Part shown: positions 25,090 to 35,343 of the stretch, one piece after another | Layout of the letters: every line of letters starts with the position of its first letter | Numbering within the stretch: the stretch's first letter is position 1 | Source of the DNA: Chara braunii | Lineage: Eukaryota; Plantae; Charophyceae | Assembly: GCA_003427395.1 (NCBI GenBank) | Contig: BFEA01000012.1 | Location: 59,479-123,478, forward strand | Reading direction: 5' to 3' | Length of the DNA stretch: 64,000 bases | The notes under the pieces: generated by a model | What the model was told of the DNA's origin: nothing | Seen by the model: only the letters and a program-made list of their open reading frames with translations | Database searches by the model: none | Made by a program: the position numbers and the translations under genes

Positions 25090-26310
25090 GCTGAGTTCCC
25101 CTAGGTTGGTGTGGACTCAGTGCTATGTTTATTTTTGTTAGCTGGGCTGTCCGAATGACCTTTTTAGGATTGGGCCTACCCTAGGTTGGATGGCTCAGTC
25201 GCCGTTTCTTTAAGGGTTTCTGAACAGGGAACCGGACGCCCTAGTTTGGGAAGGTCGGCTTCCTTATGTTTCTTCTGTGGGTTCTTGAAACAGAATTGGG
25301 GCATTCTAGGTTGCGTGACCCCAGTCCTGTGTGTTTCTTCTGAGGGGGACAAAGGCATAAGGCTAAGCGTACCCTTAGGTTAGGGCGGCTCAGCCATAAG
25401 CTATGAACCAAATGGGTAACCAGAGTATAGAATTTGGTATATATTATTGAACTTATACCTTCTGACAGACCGAGCACCCTAGGTTGGGAAAGCTAGTCAG
25501 TATGTCGGGTAGAACAAAACGAGAAGAGAAATGAATGAAGAGTATAATGAAGGTAATTCGGGCAGGCTGAGCGTACCCTTAGGTTAGGGCGGCTCGGTCA
25601 TATGCTCGTGATAACAAAGGGGCAGAGAGTTAGTATAAATCTTTTTTTATTTTCCCTTCTAAACAAAAGGAAGAGTTGGATGTCTCCCGAGGTTGGGTAG
25701 GTCTGACTATCTGCCTAAGAAGAGAGAAAATCATAGAGTTTGTGCAAGTATTCATGGTTGCTTAAAATTGTTGTTACGGAGGCTAAGCGTACCCTTAGGT
25801 TAGGGCGGCTTAGCCATACGTCGTTGTACTCGTTCAGGCGGACCAGACGTACCCTTAGGCTAGGGCGGTCTGGTCGCATTGCCTTATGTGACCTAAATTG
25901 TATAGACTAACTAGGCGTACCCCTAGGTTGGGGCGGCCTAGTGATATGCCCTTGTCATTGATGTTATGTGGGTTGGACGTACCCTTAGGTTAGGGCGGTC
26001 TAACCATTTGTCGTTTGTGGTTGTCTAGGCAGGTTAAGCACACCCCTAGGTTGGGGCAGCTTAACCTTATGCCATATGTAACTTTGTTTAAAGCTGGCTA
26101 GGCACACCCCTAGGTTGGGGCAGTCTACCCTTATGCTTCATGTCGTCAGTTAAGCAGAAGCCAGACACACCCTTAGGTTAGGGCAGTCTGGTCATATGCT
26201 TTATATGTTATGTTGGGCACACCCTTAGGTTAGGGCAGCCCAGTTGTACGTGCTTTACTTCTTTACCTAGGCAGGCCAGGCATACCCTTAGGTTAGGGCC
26301 TTGTCTGACC
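25090..26310 (+). repeat. Hairpin array of X3 (~15 units, core gtacccY-taggtt-Rgggcg)
   Basis: The last nine units recur at ~60-bp spacing from 25780; outer stems differ between units but stay complementary. Confidence 0.93.
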
Positions 26311-26679
26311 ATATGCCATAAGAAAGGGGGACATAAAAGGGAAAAAGAACTGAGTGACTTAACGAACTACTTGGCTCAAAAATGATGTGGGATTGCGAGA
26401 GATGTTTGGTTGTGCATGCTTTGGGCTCTCACATTGGGGCATCTTTTGAATAGGTTAGTTGTTTTAGATGCTCGCCGAGAGCTGGAGCTATAGGTAGATG
26501 AGATGGATGATGGGAGGGAAGCTTGGGGCAGGATAGGACTGACCCTGCTAGGAATTAGGATCAGTGTCAGCTCACAATCTCATCTAGAGGTCGTGTAGAA
26601 TATCGCTGATTCTACTTACCAAGCAAGTGTCAGAAGTTAGTCCCAAGTATAGTTTTGCTTGGTCTATCTATTTTCAGCT

Positions 26680-26900
26680 TTGTAGAAATCTTGGCAGCCT
26701 CCTGTTCCTACGGGAAGCGCTGTCGAAATTTCTACAAATCTGAAAGAGTTAGTCAACTTTGGGACCATATGAATTCTGAAAAGACACTTTTCCTACGGGA
26801 AGCGCTGCCGAAATTTTGTAGAATTTAGGGAGAGTATTTCTGGCTATGAGAAACTTGGCAATCCACCCTGAGTAGGGGAGATGCTGCTGAAATTCTCCGT
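26680..26900 (+). repeat. Second array in X3
   Basis: tacgggaagcgctg.cgaaattt twice plus a degenerate third copy; reverse-complement homolog of 15517-15915. Confidence 0.75.
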
Positions 26901-29900
26901 AACTTGGCATCAATAAGGGAGGCTGAAAGTGAGGTTAGTAGAGGAGTTAGTCTATGAGCTGGAGCATGTTCTCCACTTGGAGTGAACATAGTAGTGGCTC
27001 TCTTTGACCCGTACTGTGATGCAGGTTTTCACATTCGATTGAAGGCTCGAATTGTTCGGCCTGATTCTACGAAAGGATCATTCTTCTGTTATCACTGATA
27101 ACAGGTCGGTTGCCGATTCGTCGGTTTACTACTCAACTTTCCAACTTCTCCTGCCTCTCAACCTAAGGCCTTCGCCCTTGCCAGGATTTATGTGTTTCTT
27201 TGAGTTTTCACCGAATTTCTTTATAAATGGCCATTTCGTAAAGACTGAGTACTTTTGTTGAGGCTGGGTGGGGAAATGGTTGGACTTGTGGGCATAAGGC
27301 AGGGTGTGAGCCGCAGAAGGCTGAAAAGTTGACCCCTTTAGTGTGTGTGATGCTGTTTGAATGTCGGATGAATGCAGGTATGTATGGGAGGAACTCGATT
27401 AAATATGTGGTGAATGATTATGTCTTGAGTTCAAATGAGCAAACCACACGACTGTCGTGAGAGTGAACTACCCCACAACCTTTTGTTTGAGTGAGATTGT
27501 CTTTTCCCATCCTGATAAAGTGATAGTCAGAGTGGGTGTACACACGGGTAATCAGGTTTTCACCTGCCAGCGTCAAGTACTCGCTTTTTCTTCTTCCTTA
27601 TTGTAGATTGTTTTGGTAGAACGATAAAGTTCCGGGCGGAAGGATTAACGTGTCGCTGGTGATGCGCCAGACAACTCACCACCGCTCCAAATTCCTTCCT
27701 GTCCTAGGGACCAATCTTACCCGCACCCTTTGGGATGCGCCGACATCACGATTGCTTACGCAAATCCGCATCGTTGGTCGGTATGCGTAGATTTTGCGTC
27801 CGCGCGGATTTATGTTAACCCATGCGCGTGACACTTACCAATTTCTGCGCTCGAAAGTTATGGGACGAGCGAAGAGGGCAAGCGCGCGTCACGGCTAGTA
27901 GACCCAAGTTTCGGCAGCGCGAAACGACGCAGGAGCAAAGGAATAAGCCTAGTCGGCCTATGGGGACCCATGTACGAGCCTCCAAAAGTCTCAAACATCG
28001 GGTTGCCCGTGGGTTTGAGTCTGAGCACCATCCGCACGCATCTTTCGCGTTGGCCTACCCTTCCCTTTTGGAACAACTATCAGACTATCTGCAGTCGTTT
28101 CCTCCTTAAGGTCTTCATGGTTGGACGTTGTAGTCCGTGGTAGCCGTCAAAGTCAAACCCCTTGATTTTGGCTACCACGACAACCCTAAAGCTGTCTACT
28201 CAACCCCTTTGCACAGGGTGCAGAAGAGGGTGTGGTCTTCAACCGCACATGGCGGTTGTCTGACGTCGAGAGATTACCCCTCAAAGCGCCTGTCAGCTGA
28301 CACTTCAGTGTCGAACTCGACCCTCGAGATTATCAAGGGCCGCGAGGTTACGAGTACCACATAGTACCCCATCACCGCGAATGCTTGCGTATGCCCGCAT
28401 GGCTGGTTGATATGAGGAGGCCATGCACTCGCACAACTCTTATACAAAAATCCAGCACGCGATACCTATCTGAGTCTTACGGCACAAAGTTATGGGTCGG
28501 ATACTGAAGGACTAGGAGTATTGTGGTGTTGTGGCGTCGTTTATGGTGTCTATCTTGTGTATCTCTGTATGTTATGTGGGGGTAGATGTGAGTGTTGTGG
28601 TGTACGCGTAGTATGCGTGATGCGTCCTAGTCGACCGGCGCCGAGTCGCGTTTGGGATCTCAGCCCCCCAGAACGTCGATTCGCGTACGGGTTCGATTTT
28701 CGGGCGTCCGACCGCACGTAACCCCCTATGCTACAGCGAACGAGAAACGCCCTCGGCTTGTCCACCTCTGCAATTGCATACGAAAAGCTTTCGCATGTGG
28801 TTCAGTAGCTCGACAGGGATACGCCCACCTAAGGGGTGGTGACAGCTCCCGCAGGCGGAGGTAAGCGGTGCCTCGCGTGACCCTGTCCTGTCGTAGGGGC
28901 TCGCGAGAGGTACGGTTGGCGCACTCGGCCGGAGCGGCAAACGCTCTCCGCGACAAGTCCTGCATAATCCTGCGTGACGTGGCCGGGAGGGTCCCCGTGC
29001 GGGACCGATGCGCTCGACACCGCAACACCTAACCGGCGCCCTTATCACAAAATCTAACTGCGCCACCAAACTCGCAACATTGCAAAACTCCCGTTTTGGA
29101 TCCTTCCTTGCCCGATTTCGTTGTGGAATGGCAAGATGCATGCTTTTTCACTCTCGTCTCCTTCTTTCCAAACATTTTTCGCGATATCCTTGCGCGCCCC
29201 GTTTCTCCATTAACCCAATTCTACTAACCCATCATCAAAACTGAATCTACAACGAATTCGCCAAGCCAAATAACCCCTAGTTCATATCTTCCCTCACCCG
29301 ATTTCGTCAAGAGTCGGGCGAGTTATTCATCTTTCCTTCCACCATTCTCCTTTGTTGCTCCGCCATCGCTACACTTTCTACACACTACTTTCTCTACTAA
29401 CCTCATAATCTATTAATCTAGCACTAAAACTAACAATGAATTTGAATTCGCCTGCGTCCTAAACCCCAATTTAGACTTTTCCCCGCTGAAACCGCCCTCC
29501 AAATGAGTGAGAACCGCCTTTCTTCCTCCTCACCATACTTCCCCAACACTCCTTTTTCATGGACGCATCCGGCGTGAAATTGCGCCTCGATTCATTCCTT
29601 CTTTCCCAGCACCGTACTCCCGTTTTCTTCCTTTACCCCGCCTCTATAGCCATTTTTTTTATCCCTTCAATGTTCCTACCGACCCGCCTGATTTCGTCAC
29701 GAATTGGGTAGGAACTCGAATCCTCTTCCCCCACGCTTCCGTCTAAGTCCGCCATCTTCGTCCGCATTTTTCGATTGCACCTTGGCGCGGATCCCACACA
29801 GGTTGATTCGTTTTTTTTTCTTCCTCGATTTACCTTGCTGCTTTCTGCACTCTTCTGTCCTCGACTTGGTGGCTGTCCCCTCCTCCTTCGTTGTCGGTCG

Positions 29901-31308
29901 CTTCCTGTCTGCGCCTAGGCACAACCCTACTTCTGTTGTGCAAGGTCGCACCTCCTCTACTCCCCTCCTTCCTGACTAGCGTTGCTTTCCATCAGTGGCC
30001 AACTACGCAGTGCTCCTCTCTCGATAACTGTCCAGCGGCCCCACAACGGCCGACTGTCTCAAGAAGCCCGGAAACGACCGGCGACTAGGCGGCCCAAAAA
30101 CCCACCGCTCTTATACTCAAGTCCCGACGGACAAGCTGCACTGCCGTGCTGCCGCAGCCTTCGCCGTGGTATCAAAGGCTCAATGCGCGTATTGGGCCTA
30201 CCACGCCCGTGGCCAACTCTTTTCGGGCCCCGAAGGCATACTCCCTCCCCCTCACGACTCTCTCTGCAGGCCGTGGCTCACGGGCGGTGTACCTCTTGGC
30301 TCGGATGGGCATACCCTCTCAACCTCTTTACAGCCAGTCAGCAGTTGGCGGACGACGCACCCACCGAAGGTCCCCCCCGCTGAGGTTTTACCTAGGTCAA
30401 ATGCACCACCAACTCGTATGCACATTGAACTCCTCGGTCCATGCTTCAAAGCGGTCAAAATAGAAAACCTTGCCAGCATCCCGATCATGCAAGGGACCCG
30501 TAGGTCAGCCAAAGGAGCGCGCTCTCAAGACCCTCGGCCGCCGTGACAACCTTTAAATCCGGCATCTCACCCGAGTAAGGAACGCTAGAATGCAAAGATA
30601 ATACTTCAATAAATAATAAAAAATTTAGAAACCTTTAATCGCCATATATGTCGAACGAGGAAAAGAGAGGCGCTAGCACCGTTCTAATGCCGCTGCCGAC
30701 AAACCAAAGGGGGATAGCCCCGCCGGGCCCTCAACCCCTCGGTCCCTTTGCGCTACTCTGATATCCCCGCGTAGCCGCTGCTCGATCTCGATCCCTGAAT
30801 CTCTTTGATGAAAGTCCAATGTCGTAACCAATAGTGCTAGGCCCGAGTTTGGGTCTAGTTTTGACGGATACCTAAATAGACCGATACTGTGCGACGCACA
30901 AACCTACCGAAACATTTTCGGAACCACATTGTTGTCGACGTCGTCCTCCGCACGTACGCACAAGTCACAGGCAAGCGCATCGATCAACGAGACCTTATCT
31001 TTTTAATCCTGGTGTAATAAAAAATAAAGATTTGGCCGGCGACCAACGCCGACTTTCACAATCATCAAAGGGAGAACAAATCATGCACGCCTCAAGTATG
31101 CGCGCCCACACACTCTCTTACTCTAGTCCACGCGCGCCTGAAGTATGCGCGCCCACACACTCTCTTACTCTAGTCAACAATTCAGCCAATCGTAAACCAC
31201 AGACACTGCCGCATCTCGCGCGATATACCTAAACTTTTAAATCAAACATATTTTCTGTTACTTGCAAAAACTAGGGCGGATACCCTTGTAAGGGTATTCG
31301 CACTGACA

Positions 31309-31427
31309 GCGTTGAGAGAGAGAGAGAGGTGGCGGGGGCCAGGGAGACTTACCTGTGGCGCCATAGCTCCAGCTTCGTCTTCGATGTACCTGCAACAAGG
31401 CGCCACCTTCATAGGTTAGTACTTGGC

Positions 31428-31494
<67 letters not shown>

Positions 31495-31855
31495 NNNNNN
31501 NNNNNNNNNNNNNNNNNNNNNNNNNNNNNNNNNNNNNNNNNNNNNNNNNNNNNNNNNNNNNNNNNNNNNNNNNNNNNNNNNNNNNNNNNNNNNNNNNNNN
31601 NNNNNNNNNNNNNNNNNNNNNNNNNNNNNNNNNNNNNNNNNNNNNNNNNNNNNNNNNNNNNNNNNNNNNNNNNNNNNNNNNNNNNNNNNNNNNNNNNNNN
31701 NNNNNNNNNNNNNNNNNNNNNNNNNNNNNNNNNNNNNNNNNNNNNNNNNNNNNNNNNNNNNNNNNNNNNNNNNNNNNNNNNNNNNNNNNNNNNNNNNNNN
31801 NNNNNNNNNNNNNNNNNNNNNNNNNNNNNNNNNNNNNNNNNNNNNNNNNACAGAC

Positions 31856-31947
<92 letters not shown>

Positions 31948-32298
31948 ATTCGGGATGTTGACGACATTTGGATACAAAATCAACCTGGGGACAGAGACAT
32001 TAATGGGAAACTATTTGAGATCGATATCAACGACATTGGTACTAGCGACATTCTCATCTTCTCCCTCGTCTTCGTCCAATCCCCCTCCTTTCATCTGTGT
32101 ATGAGCGGAGCCTGGCGCATTCTTTCTGTGTATAGCGTCAGGCCCCTTCACACCTGGCGAGGATGATGATGTATGTTTGGTCTGCATTGCGACATTGATT
32201 CGTCTGATCATTGGTATTTTAGCCTTCCGCCGCGCTATCCTGTACTATGTGAGAGAGGTCGTTTCTTGTTGTGGTCTGCACCGTTACGGTATGCAACA
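31309..32298 (+). repeat. 3' LTR, right part
   Basis: 31940-32298 matches 9858-10216 and ends tgcaaca, followed by the TSD tctag. Confidence 0.92.
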
Positions 32299-32379
32299 TC
32301 TAGTCGTAAGCCAGTTAGAACAAGCAACAAGAGAATTATAAATTCGAAGTATAAAATTGGAGGTAAATTGGGCATCCGC

Positions 32380-33315
32380 ATAGGTCCGGATCCCCGGTCC
32401 GGATACCAGTCCAGATCCCCTATACTGTCCGGAAAAAAACAAACAAACAAAAAACAAGGGTACATGGCAACATGCTTACAATACCTGAGTGACTGTTGTG
32501 CTACATCCTGTACTGCAGTGCGCACACTACGCACAGAATCTCATATGCATAAGCAGAAAATCATCTCTGTAGCGTCCCAATTTTAACAAATGTCCCAATG
32601 AACCCTCCTCCTCCTCCTCGTCATGTCCCCTTTCTTCTCCTCCTACGCCTCATCCTCAACTCTCCCTTCCTTTCTAGTCCTCGTCATCGTCAACTCCACC
32701 CTTCATTCCTTTCTCCCTCTCTTCCTCCCTCTCCTCCTCCCTCTCCTTCTGTCTTTTTTTTGCCAAATATTGGACCATTTTGCGATTTATGTGTGTCATC
32801 TTCACGCGAGGGCCATGCTAATCATCTCTGTATCGTCCCAATTTTAACAATTGTCCCAATGGACCCTCCTCCTCGTCAAGTCCCATTTCTCCTCCTCATC
32901 CTCCTACTCGTCGTCATCAACTCTCCCCTCCATTCTAGTCCTCGTCACTGTCAACTCCACCCTACTTTCCTTTCTCCCTCCCTTCCTCCCTGTCCTCCTC
33001 CCTCTCCTCCTCCTCCTTTGTTTTTTTTTCCTGCCAAATATTGGACAATTCGCGATTTTGACAAGGAGGAGGAGGAGGAGAAGGAGAGGAGGAGGAGAAG
33101 GAGAGGAGGAGAACAACAAAGGAGGGCGAAGTTGACAACGAGGAGGAGGAGAAGGAGACAAGAAAGAAAAGGAGGGCAAAGGTGACGAGGAGTAGGAGGA
33201 GGAGGACGGGAAAGGAGGGTGGAGTCGACAACGAGGAGGTTGAGGACAGGCCCGACAGGGAGAAAACACAAAACGGGGGGGTTGATGAGGAGCACAATGG
33301 CGAGGAAGAGAGAGA

Positions 33316-33392
<77 letters not shown>

Positions 33393-33536
33393 AGAGAGAG
33401 ACTGTGCGTGNNNNNNNNNNNNNNNNNNNNNNNNNNNNNNNNNNNNNNNNNNNNNNNNNNNNNNNNNNNNNNNNNNNNNNNNNNNNNNNNNNNNNNNNNN
33501 NNNNNNNNNNNNNNNNNNNNNNNNNNNNNNNNNNNN

Positions 33537-33602
<66 letters not shown>

Positions 33603-33972
33603 GCTTAGCGCGCCTGCCGCCCTGTTCCACACTCCTGTCCACGTGCTGGTCGCTGCGCAGCAGCTCGCTCCCCTCACGATGATCCACGTGCTGCTTCACA
33701 CGCTGCTTGCTAGCAACGGGCGATGGCAGAGCTCCAAGGACGCTGCACTCCTCCTCAAGACAACGGACGTACGATGCGGGGGGTGGCCCATACCAAAGGC
33801 ATTCGATTTCGCTGCGAAACCCCCCCCCAATGGTTCGATGCATGAAAAAACGCCCTGGGCCGCCCAAAAAAAATTTGGCCGTTTGGCAGGTGGCCGACCA
33901 TCCGGACCGGGATCCGGACCCCAGACCACGGACAGTCCGGAACCCTGTCCGGTGGTCCGGATCGTAGCCATG
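32380..33972. mobile_element. Possible non-autonomous DNA transposon with CCGGA-rich subterminal inverted repeats; left end truncated
   Basis: ggtccggatccccggtccggat (32383) is inverted relative to atccggaccgggatccggacc (33900); clustered tccgga motifs; no TSD found. Confidence 0.45.
32765..32864 (-). ncRNA. U6: U6 snRNA-derived copy within a tandem unit
   Basis: Minus strand reads gtccattgggacaattgttaaaattgggacgatacagagatgattagcatggccctcgcgtgaagatgacacacataaatcgcaaaatggtcca, then an A-run. Partial copies at 32559-32603 and 33033-33058. Confidence 0.88.
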
Positions 33973-34129
33973 ATCCCAAGTCTAGATGCATTTTGCTTTT
34001 GTATTTTGGTTCAGTAAAAAATTTGGAAGTCCACTTCCCTTACGGAAGTGCTGCCTAAATTTGGACTTGTGAAAATTAAGGGAATTCACCCAGTACAGGG
34101 GAGATGCCGTCAAAATTTTTACTGTTCTC

Positions 34130-34697
34130 TGGAGAGTCTTATCACATAGGTGCTCTGCCAGGACTGTGCTGCAATTCACCATACTTTCGGGCTTCTAGTA
34201 ACAACTAGCGGCTGAAGCTGGTCGGTGGCTGCATCTGTGGACGTGGATAGTGGATCGTGGATCGTGGATCGCAGATCGGCAACATAGGCAGAGAGAGAGA
34301 CGGATCTTTTGGTTTCAACGATAACCTCCTAGTGTCGTTCTTGGTTTCGCACAAACACAGACATAAAGAAGTGAAATGTGAGAAAAAAAACTATGTGTCT
34401 TTTTTTCATCTACTCTTCTACTTCTTTTTTGCTTTCTATGTATCCTTGTCGCGAAGAGACAGAAGGAGAGGCAACACCACCATACATAGATCTCTCCCTC
34501 TCTCTCTCTCTTTGTATCTCTCTCTCACACACACACACACATTACTGGAGAGTCTTATCACATAGGTGCTCTGCCAGAGGACTATGTCCTGCAGTTCACC
34601 ATACATTCGGGCTTGTAGTAACAGTTAGCGGCTGAAGCTAGTCGGTGGCTGCGTCTGTGGACGTGGATCATGGATCATAGATCGCAGATCGGCGACG
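34130..34697 (+). repeat. ~150-bp direct repeat pair (34130-34280 and 34545-34697)
   Basis: tggagagtcttatcacataggtgctctgccag...gatcgcagatcggc occurs twice. Confidence 0.85.
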
Positions 34698-35343
34698 TAA
34701 CTTCGAAGACTGTGCAATGTGGATCGAGGAACGCGATTTCAAAGGGTGCTGGTTTGTGGTTCATAGGTGGTAGCTTGGGGACTGTGTGAACGATTCGACG
34801 AGTGTGGACCGTAGAGCATAGGACGGGAGTACGTGCAGAGGTAGAATAGGATGTCTCGAAGATGCCATATAGAGCACGCATGCTAATGTACGGGCTTGGC
34901 TTGTTGATCATCGACATTCGGATCATGATCTTAGCGACAACACTGTAAGTACAACTAAGATATTTGCAAAGATGCTGATCCCCTGCACACATTTAAATGG
35001 TAGTTGGCAATGAGTAAACTACGCTGGGATATCGTTACGACTTCATTGATTGCAGGTGCTTAAGAGGTATGCAAGGCTGTCTTCTATCTAGCATGATTCA
35101 TGATGAAAGAGGTAATTATAATAGGCATTTACGACCAACTATTCCGCATCCTCGTACGGATCGAGAGAGCCCTATTATGCTTAGGATGCGTCGTAGGATT
35201 TACTTCCGTGAAGTAGCGGACATTTGGGAGGGATTAGTGCAGATTCTGGTGAACTATGAAGTCAACATAAACATCTCAAATAATAGCACATGACATAGTT
35301 TTGCAAATGAAAGTGACGGTTTTTCAAGTATAGACCAACGATT

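Larger units (their letters stand above)
19072..29019 (+). mobile_element. Giant TGTC...GACA element X3 (9948 bp), nested in X2 in opposite orientation
   Basis: Ends tgtcggcccgaacaccctt and atgcgctcgaca; flanks ccgt / ccgc (4-bp TSD with one mismatch). No internal LTR pair and no long ORF. Confidence 0.9.
13795..31308 (-). mobile_element. Giant TGTC...GACA element X2 (~7.6 kb once X3 is removed)
   Basis: Ends tgtcgagcgcat and gcactgaca; flanks gcat / gcgt, while the uninterrupted 5' LTR reads gagcgttga. Inverted collinear similarity to X1 and X3. Confidence 0.88.
8887..32298 (+). mobile_element. Ty3/gypsy chromovirus-type LTR retrotransposon, internally deleted, with 3' LTR split by X2/X3
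   Basis: TG...CA LTRs; TSD TCTAG at 8882-8886 and 32299-32303; PBS, PPT, gag and chromodomain present. Confidence 0.92.

Noticed and set aside
25780-26310. CRISPR array (palindromic repeats with unique spacers, ~60-bp period)
   Set aside because: The repeats are not identical (stems co-vary), the spacers share composition, there are no cas genes, and the context is a eukaryotic transposon.
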